A stretch of 62,847 nucleotides of DNA, filler included, from Catajapyx aquilonaris (Eukaryota): assembly GCA_000934665.2 (NCBI GenBank). It is 2 parts of 2 records of this genome, joined end to end, with 100 filler letters (N's around TTAATTAATTAA, not from the genome) between each part and the next. Parts side by side here need not be neighbours in the genome. Positions count along the whole stretch, not along the records: positions 31,553 to 62,847 come from JYFJ02004545.1; 1 more part is not named here. The stretch is one strand, 5' to 3'. A model generated the notes under the pieces. It saw only the letters and a list, made by a program, of their open reading frames with translations. It ran no database searches and was not told where the DNA came from. The position numbers were made by a program, and so were the translations under genes. Within the stretch, counting starts at the first letter, position 1. The number at the start of each line of letters is the position of its first letter. Shown piece after piece: positions 49,021 to 61,374 of the stretch.

Positions 49021-49397
49021 TTGGGGAGGTGCGGTGGCCGAGATGGTAACGTCTCGGCTTGCTAAGTGAAAGGTCCCAGGTTCGATCCCCGTCTGGGAGT
49101 TCCCTTTCGCCTGCGTCGGGAGGGTCTCTGACCCGCTCCTTGGAGGTGTCTGGCAATCTAACCTCCGGGGGGACTGCACATGATCCTACGTCTAAGACAT
49201 TGCACTTGCGCCTATGTTCCCTCCCCAAATTTCCCTATCCTTACCCAATGTACTTGTTTCCCTGCACCGCACCGTAAAGAAAATACAGAAAATTGGAATG
49301 AGAAGTGGTGGTGTTCCACCCTCCTACAGAACCCGTAAGGGTCATCACGGGGTACTACAGTATACTTGTATAAATAATAAATAATAATAAAATAACA
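49021..49397 (+). mobile_element. Full-length tRNA-derived SINE (family 2)
   Basis: 13-bp TSD AAATCATACCCAG (49008-49020, 49398-49410); box A/B head; (AAT)n-like tail. Confidence 0.9.
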
Positions 49398-49738
49398 AAA
49401 TCATACCCAGCGTCAGCATAAAAATGATAAAACAATAATTGTCAGTACGTACAGACACCAAATATGAGCATATACCGCTAAATTTATTCTTGCGGAAGTC
49501 ATTTATAAAGCAGATTTGGGTAGGGTCCATATTGTACTCAACCTTCCTCGTCCACGATTCACTGCATGATCCATTTCATAAATATACCAAGTCGCAACCC
49601 AGTTATTCATACAGTTCTTTGGAATATCATGAATATTGAGAATGGATTGACCACGCAATCATGATTATTAAAAAGTTGGAAACTAATCGGAATTTTTTTG
49701 TTATCAACTAGCGTCTATTATATTGTATCATCTACGTG

Positions 49739-49975
49739 TGGGCGTAGTGTCATGTAGTGGTTAGAGCCACAGCCTTCCACCTCTGAGGTCCCGAGTTCGA
49801 TCCCCGGATAGTACAGAGGATACTTATGTAGATAGAGTTTCGATGGGCTCTCCTTGTTCGCGTGGGTTTTCTCGGGGGTCTCCCATTTCCTCCCACTATC
49901 AAAACCCGTCGGAGAACAGGCTTCAAATGATTCAAAAGATGATCCCCTAAAAGGCCCAAGAAGTTCTATCACAGG

Positions 49976-50018
<43 letters not shown>
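49739..50018 (+). mobile_element. SINE family 1, older copy with expanded (TTA)n tail
   Basis: 13-bp TSD TATCATCTACGTG (49726-49738, 50019-50031). Confidence 0.9.
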
Positions 50019-50021
<3 letters not shown>

Positions 50022-50921
50022 CATCTACGTGAATAGAACATGTTATTAATATTATATCACATACTGTTATTTTATGCTGATTTTAAATACTTCATATTTG
50101 CAAGTATCTCGCCCAACAGAGTTCTTCTGCAAATTATAGCCAGAAAACAAAATGAATGCCTTAAAAATACTCGAACGACACCAGGTGGCGAATAACTATG
50201 TTTTTTGGTAGACATAGACAGTTTAATAAAATAAGCAACAACCCTGAATGAGACCTTTGTATGATCGAACAACATAAAAATTGCAAGCATCCACTAGGCT
50301 GCTATGCACACCAGGTATTTTTCCCTGGCATGATGTGATCCAGCCGCAGCAATGCCAAGGTAAGGGCCCTGGCAAATGCCGCGTTTGAATTTTCCCCAAA
50401 AGTCCTCCATTCCTGCCATTCTCATGGTTCCCATACAGGCTACTAGTATACCCTGACATGTATACCCCCACACTATATAGCGTAGCTTGTACAGTATATA
50501 AGTAGCAGTAGAATCACTTCCACAAAACAAGCATGGTAGGAATTGACGAAGGGAGATTGGGCGGGTGGGCCTAGGTTGCTTTAATTAGCTTGGAAAACTC
50601 GGAAGCTTCCAGTGGGCATTGTACGATTAGCTTTCACGCCTCCGGCGCTATTGGGTAGCTTGATGGAGCCTCTTTGAAGCCAGCCCTGCTCTGCAGATCT
50701 GGCTACAGATGCAACCCCCGGTAGATCACAGCAAGAGTTAAGAGCGTCTGCTGCTCCGAACAATGTCTTCCAGCCCCCGCCGGCTAATCAACTCGCTTGG
50801 AATTAGCACGCCCGCACAGCTCCCATCTACCTCCCTCCCTCCTTCTCCTGCCCCTTGCCTCCTCTTACCTCACTACACGCTTTTCAATTCCATGTCACTT
50901 TGCCATACGATTACGTCCTGA

Positions 50922-51263
50922 TACAGAGTACAGCATCATCTATACTTCCCCAATCATGCTTTCTCTATTCCTTCAACTTCTGTATTATTTTCATATTATC
51001 ACTGGCCGATAGATGGAACGGGCAGAAATTACGACAACAATTACTTTGCAAGTCCTTACTCGCATTATTCAAGTTCTCAAGTTTGCTCTTTTGTTGGTGT
51101 AGTTTATAGCTCGGCTTCCTTTGATTCATGTAAAGACCATTGGAGACCATATTTCTGCAACAATGCAGATTATGGCCTTTATTGTGTTTCTCACGCAGAA
51201 AAGCCTCTCGCAATATTAGCTAATGATTTACTAATGAGGGGAAATAATGACAATGAGAACTAG
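50922..51263 (+). CDS. Candidate terminal exon resembling the C-terminal half of a C-type lectin domain
   Basis: Stop-free frame of ~113 codons with no early start: HWPIDGTGRNYDNN..C-x14-C-x8(RPYF)-C; TAG at 51261-51263, AATAAA at 51269-51274. Upstream exons not found. Confidence 0.35.
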   Translation, partial: YRVQHHLYFPNHAFSIPSTSVLFSYYHWPIDGTGRNYDNNYFASPYSHYSSSQVCSFVGVVYSSASFDSCKDHWRPYFCNNADYGLYCVSHAEKPLAILANDLLMRGNNDNEN

Positions 51264-51514
51264 CCTATAATAAAAAAATGCAAATCTGCATTAGTGTAAG
51301 AATTATTTATTCATAGGCAACTTTTATCATCATGTCAAAATCGACAAAGATCATTCTTTCTTGGCATACACTATACAGTATCTGCCAATTAACAAGACTA
51401 TTGCATGCTTGAATACCTCTATCTGAAGGGACTGCTGAAGTCCGGCTCTACAAACTACCAGCGATACAAAATCTGAACTCTTTATGTGTTTGCCGTTATA
51501 ATAATTACATTCAA

Positions 51515-51965
51515 TCACCGAAGCAGTTTGGTGGAGTGGATAAGGCGACCGACTGCTAATCGGGAGGTCCTGGGTTCGAGGCCCGGGGTCGGCAATCCTA
51601 ACGTGGTTTTCTGTGGTTTCCCACGGTCCCCCCAGGAGAATTCCGGGATTGCTTCCTAAATAATAGGCCACAGGCGCTTCCTTCCTTTCCTATCCTTGCC
51701 CCGTCCATGAGGAGGTGCAGTGTTGGTGGGGGGTTTCTGACCAGCATCTAGGGGGTGTCTTGTAGCTTGGCCTCCTGGGGGACTGCACACGACCCCCAAT
51801 TTGAGACATCGCACTTGCACCCGTACCCCCCCCCCTCACAAATCCCTATCTTGACCCCTGCACCGGAGAGAAAATGAATGCGAAAAAAAATTCGTAAGAA
51901 AAATGGTGGTAATCCACCCCCCTAAAAGGGCGCTGTTCCCTCAATGGGGTAAAGCTAAATTAAAA
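51515..51965 (+). mobile_element. SINE family 3, long composite form
   Basis: 15-bp TSD AATAATTA(C/T)ATTCAA (51500-51514, 51966-51980); family-3 head and body plus a module shared with family 2. Confidence 0.88.
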
Positions 51966-52059
51966 AATAATTATATTCAAACCCATGATATTCCAGCTTC
52001 ATATTCTATTTTGTGACCGACCTTTTAAGAAGGTTTAAAAAGGTAACACTCGTTGTACA

Positions 52060-52603
52060 CAGGGTGATCCAAAATATTTGTCCGATTGTTATGGCTATTT
52101 TTAAACTAAGCTACTCATGTTAAGCAGCTACTTTTAGTGGTTTTCAAAATATTTAGATACCGCTGTAATGTTACGCCAAACTGAATCATCAATTCAAGCT
52201 CTGAAGTGCAAACTATTTTCGGTGGCCCATTTGAACAACTGACATCTCACGACAATGACAGAACCAACTTTGTGCATGGCCAGAGACCCTTTGCAGGCTG
52301 TAAGAAATGATGGCGACACATAACCTAATATTGACAGCTAATACTTTTGACCACCACTGAAAGTCAGAAAAGTAACTGCTTAAAACTAAGCAGATTATTG
52401 CCGATAAAATAGCCACAATACTCGGACAGATATTGAAGGTGCTTTTACATGTGAGCGATTTGACGAGCGAAATCTTCGCTAAGGCTGAGTAACCCAAGTA
52501 ACCAATATTGTTTGAGGCGAAAATCGATTGTTAATTTCAGCCTCGGCGAAGATTTCACTCGTCAAATCGCTCACATGTAAACGCACAGTCTTTAGGATCA
52601 CTG
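52060..52603. mobile_element. Old Tc1/mariner-like MITE with a hairpin element (52439-52586) inserted in its right TIR
   Basis: CAGGGTGATCCAAAATATTTGTCCGA.. versus ..TCGGACAGATATT[insert]..GGATCACTG|TA; insert arms TTTACATGTGAGCGATTTGACGAG / CTCGTCAAATCGCTCACATGTAAA. Confidence 0.7.
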
Positions 52604-55600
52604 TATAAATGTCTACCTCGGAATAGCTGCAAACCCTACATAGGACGATTTTATATGCGCCTAATGATATCACCGTTGAGTTGTTGTCATTGTTAAGAAA
52701 GTTACTTTAACCCTGTCATTTAGCTCTTATACAATAAGCGTGTAAATATTTTTTGACCCCATGCACGGCAGATATCTTTTTTAAACTGTAATAAGGCGGC
52801 ATTTTACGATTTGTCATATTATGTAAGTTATTTGTATTATTAAAGCCACCACTATTGGAAGAACTGGGGACTAACTCAAACTGAAGTAGCCTATATTAAT
52901 AGATTCAAAAATTGAGCAACCCACGTTAAATCATGAATATTTTTCGTATGAAAACAACACATTTTATCAAAGATGTAAGCAGAGCTGTAGAATGCCTTCA
53001 TGATGATATAAGTAATGCAGAATCTTAATAATTTGTATGAGTGAGTATTATGAGATGACTTTTACTATTCTATCCGCAATTCAAGAATATGCCATCTTTC
53101 AGATAGGTCTAAAGTGCTTTAAAGAAGTCACTGAGTTGCATATTGTATTCTCCCCCGAAACGATCCTTCATAATAATGCTTCCAGACAGGGCAGCAGTAG
53201 CAATAAAACAGGCCGGCCTTTCCACATTATAATAACCCATAAAAATGGGTGCACGGCGGGAACCGATCATTTCCCGCAGAAGACCCGGGTGCCATTGGCT
53301 GAGATAACAACGGCATAGAATCCCCCTCTATCTATCCATGCATGAGTGACCCCTCCTCTCCCCGCCAACATCACGCCACCCGCCTTCCCTTCCATCCCTC
53401 TAAGCCCTTTTTGCTTTCCTGAAAGGAAAATCCTCTTCACCAGGACCAGATGGTTCAACTCTCAAGCTTTACAAATTAAATATAATGCCGGGCAATGCGA
53501 ACTCCTTTTTTCATGATACATTATAAAGAAAAAGGCATGTTCTGGCATTTTGGAACAAATGGCTGGTAGCCTGCATTACTGGCTCTTACACTGCCCAGTT
53601 CATTCATAACTATTGCCTTTAGAATTCCGCTTCATGGAACAACCTGCATGAAAACAATATTAAGTGTTGCTACACAAAATTATTCAAAATTTATCACATT
53701 TTACCAGTTAGAATTGCGCATATTGCTCACCTTAGCATGTACATTTCAAGTTTCTTTTTCTAGACACAAGATGGACAGCTTCTGCCCGTCAAGTACGAAA
53801 CGGCATGGTGGAAGAGTTATTATAGATCCCACCCCCTTGTAGCCTTCCTTTTGTTTGAATTCCCAACGGGGCGATATTGTCAAGTTGGTAACGCAGTGCA
53901 ACACTCCGAGGGAGAGCACCTCAGGCTAATTTTAATGCACAGGACCCGACCATTCGGGGTGGGGGAAGGCGGAGGGGAGGGGGGGTCTAAAGTAGAAACA
54001 CACGCAAGCTCCCTAGAGAAAGATTGACCGACATCCGACGAATCCTGCGACGTATATTGCAGTATGGACGTGAGGAACTATTTATTCTTCACACCCTTAC
54101 AGGGCTTTCTTCCACAACTTACACAAGAAGGAAGAAGCCTTGCTTCGATCAAGCCGGTTTGTTGACCAGGTGCCACATGAACAAGCCAGCTAATAATACA
54201 GTAGTACAGTATAAACAATGGTAACTGCTAACTGCTGCATTTGCTTCGGTCTACGGGCATGCTCTTTGGCATATTTTACGGCCCAAATACTGTACTCTTC
54301 ATCATTATTGGCAGTGTTGCATAATTACGGCGAGTTACTGCCCATCCTGTATATGTCTAGAAGCATAATAAATTATGGGCCGCCATAATGAGATTATATG
54401 ACATGTTCAGTGGGGATGTAGTGTAGTAATAACTTTGATGTAAGCCGTCCATACCGAAATAAGAAATTTTGCACCATTTGGCACGTATGACTTTTTACAA
54501 TGTAATTCAAAATCTACGCACGATTTCCTAATTGATTGGCATGTCATCAGGTTTACAATGTTTACACGTGCATTTTTTTCTCACCCTGGTATTACCAGTA
54601 CACACACAATCTGTACATAATTTGTAATCAGTTCGTGTTTTCTGCTTGTTTATGAGCACTTCGTGAGTGATGAATGACCCACACCTGGGCAAGTTGTTGC
54701 ACATGTACTTTTCCACGTCTCAAAATCAATTTTCCGATCACACCACTTAATAAGCTAGGCCACAAGAACATGCCCGTGTATCATCTTTTTAGTGTGGACC
54801 ATGGTCCTGGACAGCAGCAACCCTGCACAAGGCTAACCTCTCTCTTGCGCTGCAGTTTTACAAGGCACATTGCAACAGCTTATAATAATAACGGGCACGG
54901 TGCTCATCAGGTTTGTCTCTCATTACCCAGGTATCATGATAATTTGCATGTGTTGGCCTTCCCAGCTAATTATTAACTTGTTTGAGCCCCCCCCCTCCTC
55001 TCCCTTTTTCTTCTCCCCCTGACAAACCCGTATAAGGTCGCATGCCCACACACCACTGCACATATTGTACGTCCGTGACCACTCTCATTCTGAGTCCGAA
55101 AAATAAGGAGGCATAAAACGGAATGATTCAATTGATTATGCGTGTGAAGAAAGGCCACACAGGTGAGTTTTGGGTGAGGGTCTGCCGTGCCCAATGAATC
55201 ATGGTCTGAAATTTTCAAGGATAGGATGACCATAAAAAGTACTTGTGTGTTTGACCTTGCGTCTACGTCAAGCAGGAAAAAAAACCAGACACGACTGGGG
55301 ATAATATACCTGGCCATTTGCATATGGGTTGACCAGGTGATGTGTCCGCACCCACATGTCGTGCGTACTGTACCATGTCACTCGAACCGTGCATTTTATC
55401 ATCCTGTCCAAGTTTTGCAGGTCAGAGTTGAATGACATTTTTGGCAATGAATTCTGATCCCTTTCATTTCATTATTAAATATCGCCTGGTGTTGTAATCA
55501 AATTCCTTTGGGGGGTAACAGGCGTCCGACTTTCGATCTTTTCCCCATAATGTTTCCGTAAGGCATCTCTTAACTTTCCCGCCCTTCTTTCCAAATGGTT

Positions 55601-57004
55601 AAATTATACTTTGGAGCAATAGAGTTAATCCGAGAAACCACTTTGTCATCCCCACTCCCCCGCCTCCCCCAGAAACTTTTCACAGGCTCTGACGACAACC
55701 TAGGGGGAGCCAAAAAATATAAGGAAGAGTAGGCGCAGGCCTGCTTGAATATTCAAGCTGATATAAGAACTGGTGCCATCTCTTATGCTACACTATTACT
55801 CCTGAAGAATGAAAAAATAGTCAGGTTGAAAAGGAGCTGAAACTTACGGGAGCAGTGTTTTGTCTACAGCTTTTGTAGCCGGAGGTTACTGTTGAGAGAA
55901 AGGCTAGTCGCAATGCTTACAGTACAGTAGATGTCTGCAACCGCAGCTCAACTGTAGGACTTTCATCTCGTGCCCACCAAGATGCAGACACCGTGAAAGG
56001 AATCCTGCACGCTCTTTGCTCCAGACATTTCCCCCAGGAAATAACAACGCTATAGTGCTCCTATATTCCCCAAAGGCTCTCTTATTTGCATCAGTCGAGA
56101 TGCTGCGCTCATGTCGCTTCTCCATCCCAGCAAATTCTACAAGAGAGCGCATCCCGTACAGGATCTGTTCAGCTCACTATCATTAAATATCATCGTTTCC
56201 GTACGTACGGGAGTCATCAGCTCTCCTAAATATAGGATACGCTGCGGAACATTTTGCATCTAGTTACTTTTTATTCACTGCTCCATTAGACTAATTTTCG
56301 CGTTCTGTGAACGTATCAACTTCCCAGTGGTTACGAATTCAAGAGATAATATTTTTAAGACGCAATGTACGGTACGACAGCAACCAACACGGATAATTCT
56401 TCAATAAAATTTAAATGCATTAATAAATGGTAGGCTACACATTATGTTATGTAGAGAGTTGCACTCGAAGTTCCTGCAGTGGTTAACGGTTCTTTGAGTG
56501 GCACTGAGTTGCTTATTTGAAGTACTGTAGTTACATTCAGTGATTATGGAAAGTATTAAGTGCTTTATGAGGCTAATATGTATGAGTTCTGAATTTCAAT
56601 TAACTTCATGTTGTGAATGGTCCATTGGAAAATTTGGCATCGAACGCTACTGGTTGAAATAATTTTTGAAAGTCGGGCTCATTTCGCAGCTTTGTAAAAG
56701 GTATTATACCAATTCACCCGAAGAATTTTCCCGATGCACATTCGCCCGATACGAACTAGCCCATCTTTACTCACCTGCAATGGTGCCTCTTCGTTCTATA
56801 ATTCTATATACAGTAATTACAAGCAGCTAGCTACTTTTTATTATTGATATAAAACCGATAGCTGAAACATATTGTATGGCAAATATGCATTTTGTGCGAG
56901 TTTGCATGGAGGGTGAATGTGCATTGGGCGAACTCAGATGGAACTTTTTAAAACGACGAATCCAAACAACATAATATTAGCAGCTAATACTCTTTATAAC
57001 CAAT

Positions 57005-57265
57005 GGGCGACACGGTGGCCGAGTGGTTAGCGCCGCAGCCTTCCACCTCTAAGGTCCCGAGTTCGATCCCCGGGTCGGACGGAGGATACTTATGTGGATA
57101 GAGTTTCGATGGGTTCTCTCCGTGTTCGCGTGGGTTTTCTCGGGGTTCTCCCGTTTCCTCCCACTATCAAAATCCATCACGTTACAGGCAAATGATTAAA
57201 GTCGGTTATTCAAAAGATGATCCCCTAAGAGGCCCAAGGGGCCTAGCACGGGGTATCCATTATAT
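57005..57265 (+). mobile_element. Full-length SINE family 1, inserted in a relic of the 52060 MITE family
   Basis: 15-bp TSD TACTCTTTATAACCA (56988-57002, 57266-57280); flanks resemble 52335-52410. Confidence 0.93.
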
Positions 57266-57826
57266 TACTCTTTATAACCACTAAAAGTCACTGTTCAAAA
57301 CTTAACTGCTTAAAATTAAGCAGATTAGTGCCAATAAATCGCTAACCACTACAGACATTCACTTGGGCACAATCTGTATACGACAATGCTGAATGACTGT
57401 GCATTACCAGAATGTGCAAAAGAACCAATATTATTCACACACATTTTTATACTAGTGATCACTTATCGCGTGTCTGATAGAATAATAACAAATTGCAAGA
57501 GCATATAATTATAGTGGAAATCGTGGAATTGAAAAAAAAATGAATAAATTGATTCACGTACAATTATTCCCCGTCACTACTCTGTATCACTGGTTGGAGC
57601 AGCCTGAGCGCGACAGCCTGAAACATGAACATGTGTGTGATGACTAATGTCATCAGAGGTGACGACTGGACGCAGGGAGACCTCCTCCTGCAACCACCCC
57701 AGCCTTACATCAGGCATCACATGCTCTTTCTCCCTGAGACGAGCTGACGAGCTCCTGTGACACAGCACATTTTATGAAACTGGCATATATTACGCACAAG
57801 GGCGTGTTCCTATCCGCGACCTTCAC

Positions 57827-57862
<36 letters not shown>
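57827..57862. repeat. (AAT)n microsatellite
   Basis: About 12 AAT units. Confidence 0.9.
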
Positions 57863-57863
<1 letters not shown>

Positions 57864-59361
57864 GCGACGATTGACGAGGTAGTCTAGGCATGGACAGCCA
57901 GCCCTAAAGTAGTTGATGCTTGACTGATGAAAAGCGCCTGGTGTCTTTATCTTGTAACCGCCACTACTTCATCTGGGCTGAGTTGTGGGCTTTGAAACGC
58001 ATTCCGCTTAGTTATTGCGGTTTTGGGTTTGTCGGAGCTTGTGGTTTCCGTCCACTTCCGCCTCTTCATCATCCTTCCTCAGTTTGCAGTCTCGGTTTTG
58101 CCCTCCTGCCAAGCATTCTCCTTGGAGGTGTCTATCGCAGCTTCCGAAACCGGTTACATCTGGGAAGCGAGAACATTCCGCACGTACACATGAACAGCTG
58201 AAGGGATGGCCCATGGCCGCCTACCGATCAAGTCTAATCAAATAAATTTTAATGTAATTCGTCACCTTCTTCAGGGATTGGGCCCTTTACAACAATGCGA
58301 ATTGGAAACAGAGTATGCTTACACCAGACTTAGGTAGGCTATACATTACAGGCGGCTATGTTTCGTGGTATATCACGCAGTTTACGCTTTGAATACTGGC
58401 CAGTCTTGGAAAATTTTCATGCATATATTGCCTTATTCCTTCGGTATGTTAGTGAACAGCCCTTGCATCACATAATAATTCATGCCTCTAAAGTTGAGGT
58501 ATTCCTAAGCCGTTAACGCGTAGGTTTTTGTCTTTCTTCTTGGTCTTTTTTGTGCAGAGTTGGTGTGGTCAGCCTGCCATAGGGAGTAGGAGTGGAGTGT
58601 GCGGCAAGAGGATGGTAGCACTATAACATTCAAACGACATGTCCACAATGCCAGTAGAGCCAGACCTGCATTTGAAAAACATCAGAGTGTGACCTTTTCC
58701 ACTGGTAGCCCAGCAGGATTGTCTGCACTGCAGTGTGTAGTTAACAATGTACCAGTGGGGAATAAGAGTCCCCCTTTTTTCCAATGTCCTAGTCATTTGA
58801 CACCCTAGCCTACAACACGGAGGTAACTTATCCATGCGCCATGGTAACGTACTTAAAAATATAGATTTCGACCTTTTGTTTGGTCATCCAAAAACGCTCA
58901 CCCTCTTGGGTAACATTTTTGCTTCTAATATTGGAGTATGATGGTTACAATGACCAGTTGGTACGTTACCCCCTCATGGCAAAAATGAAAAGATCTGATG
59001 TGATGCAGAGCAAATACACCAGGCTTCACAACATGTTTGTAATACAGTTGTTGTTGGTTTGAAAATAATAACGTTGTGTGTATAATACCTGTAATGTGTA
59101 TTTATTGTGCGCTATCATAATATTACTACTACAATGAATAAGCAACAGCTTCAATTCCATGAGTTTATATTATTTTATATAAGGCAGAAAAATGGTGTAT
59201 GCCTATAGAAATATATTATAACACTGAAATTGGTAAACTGATGCTCGAGGTGCTGAAACCTCTGGAAAATGTCCCAAAACCACAAAGTTTTTTGGTACCA
59301 GCAGACCAGTTTTTTGGCGCGCTGACTGCTACTGGCAGTTCTCAAAGTAGTAGCCTAATAG

Positions 59362-60092
59362 GGGTGTCAGATCAAAGGCGGCTAAGTCCAATTTTTCGAT
59401 TTTTTTTAAGTTACGGGCACCGTGCACTTGGTATTGCCAGTCTTTACCTCGTTTACCAATAGGGCAATACGCAATACAATTTTATTCACAATTAACCTCT
59501 ACACTATGTAGTCCCGCTCATAAATAATGGTACGACTCTATATAGACGAAATGAAGAGTCCAGGGGAAAAAGGGGGAATGTCACACAAAAAATGTTCGTG
59601 AGAAATCGAAGAAATTGCTTTCTTTCTTCACGTGTATAAGGAATAATAGGGATATTTTCACGTCATTATATGCAACTGTCCCCCTTGTACCCAATCATGG
59701 AAAGCCTCCAGGTATAAGTGGCACCTACGCTACTACTGTACTGTGCACTTGGCAGGAACCCCAATGGAATTTGACATTCCCCCTTTTTCCCCTGGACTCT
59801 TCAAATGGTTATCCTGATTATCGAGTATTATTCCCAACCTTCATAATTCGACAAAACCCTATGGACAACCTTTTCTGAACCAAGTCCAGAAGTTATTTAT
59901 TTTCATGTCGATGATTATTATTGATGGCACATTTGCGTTCATTTGCATACGAAATTGAACTGCGGTAACACATGTACAAGTACGTACAAATTTTCAAGCT
60001 TGTACAGGCGAAAGTTAAGTCACTAGCGGTTTTTTGTATTTCCTGTAAATTCACTTCTTGTGATGGACTTAGCCGCCTTTGATCTGACACCC
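59362..60092. mobile_element. Non-autonomous TIR DNA transposon hosting a nested MITE
   Basis: Perfect 29-bp inverted repeat GGGTGTCAGATCAAAGGCGGCTAAGTCCA at 59362-59390 and 60064-60092. Confidence 0.82.
59553..59802. mobile_element. Sola1-like MITE
   Basis: Perfect 31-bp [41 protein letters not shown] on both sides. Confidence 0.8.
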
Positions 60093-60181
60093 ATGTCATA
60101 CGAGTATGTGGCGTTATGTAGTGGACGTAATTATTAGATTCCTCTCACATTTTGTTCCGTGGCCGGCCCCCACACCACGTA

Positions 60182-60343
60182 CAGTACTGGCCAATAATCG
60201 AGGCAACGACTAGCGACATTTTCCCGAAGCGGCAGAAGAAGGAATCGAAGATAAGCATGCTACAATCCGGGCGAGCAAGATTCCTTCTTCTGCCGCTTCG
60301 GGAAAATGTCGCTAGTCGTTGCCTCGATTATTGGCCAGTACTG
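60182..60343. mobile_element. Young Tc1/mariner-like palindromic MITE
   Basis: TA|CAGTA..TACTG|TA; perfect 68-bp inverted match including flanks (60179-60246 / 60279-60346). Confidence 0.92.
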
Positions 60344-61107
60344 TACAGAAGTTAGAGCGTAGTAACGAGGAGCAGGAGTCAGGAAGATGTTGTGCGACCG
60401 GGGAAATGGTATATATATGCGTAGGGGCAAAAGGTACCAGGGGCAGGTTGACCCCGAAGTGGAGGGAAATGGCATCGAGGTGTTGTATTGATGTCGATGT
60501 GACTGGGAGTTCTAGTAAGAGCGACATCGTGGGATGATGGTAGGACCAAACTTGGGGTAAATATGATCATTAAGCAGACAGTTCGTCTGCTTCCTCATTA
60601 CCGCCAATCTACCATCCGACCAACAAATCGATATATGAGTCATTCAACCCAGTTTTTTATCATGTTATAAGTTTCAACTAGAAAAATCGTCCTTCACTTG
60701 AACCACTTCTGATATCAATTATCACCACTGGGAACATTGAATGATTTGCTCTCTCTAACTTTGGTTCCTGAGAGGACTCTGTGACCCCCCCCCCCCCCAA
60801 CCCCAAGAAGGAAAATCATTCCGGCAAATCACTCCAGCATAACCTTATTCTGCTTAAATAAAAATCTGCCCGAAAGTAAACTCGAGCGAAGCACAGCAGA
60901 TATACTTCCCTGGTACTGGACTGCTGTAGCTTAGCAAACAAACCTGCCGACAGCGTCATGGACAAGCCAAACAGTGTGGCTCCAGTAGTCATATCAATTC
61001 AGCTCAACTTACCTGCAAAGAAAAAGAAAAAGCATGATTATAGAGGAGGTATTACAGTACAAGTGTGACAACTGACAAATTAATGTACCGTACTGCAGCA
61101 TGTAATT

Positions 61108-61370
61108 GAAGACCTGATAGCAAAAAGGGCAGATGTCATGAAAAATGCAATTTGCAGATAGCGACGCCAAGTGGTAGTCAGTAGCAATGCGGAGGTCCCC
61201 ACAAATTCCATGCCGTGAAAATGGCAGTAGTCTGGTAGAAAAACATCGACAAAGATAGTGTGTTATAATATCACCTGGATGCTTGCCGTGCATGGGAAGC
61301 AGGGAAGTTTTTCTTTGTTTTCTCGAAACTATCCATCATTGACATCTGCCCTTTTTGCTATCAGGTCTTC
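61108..61370. mobile_element. Sola1-like MITE, related subfamily
   Basis: Perfect 31-bp TIR GAAGACCTGATAGCAAAAAGGGCAGATGTCA; flanks AATT / AATA. Confidence 0.75.
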
Positions 61371-61374
61371 AATA

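Noticed and set aside
48420..49660. Extra lectin-like fragments (FSRKCYKI, QIWVG, EWID)
   Set aside because: Short, interrupted by stops and without convincing splice sites; too weak to call as exons.
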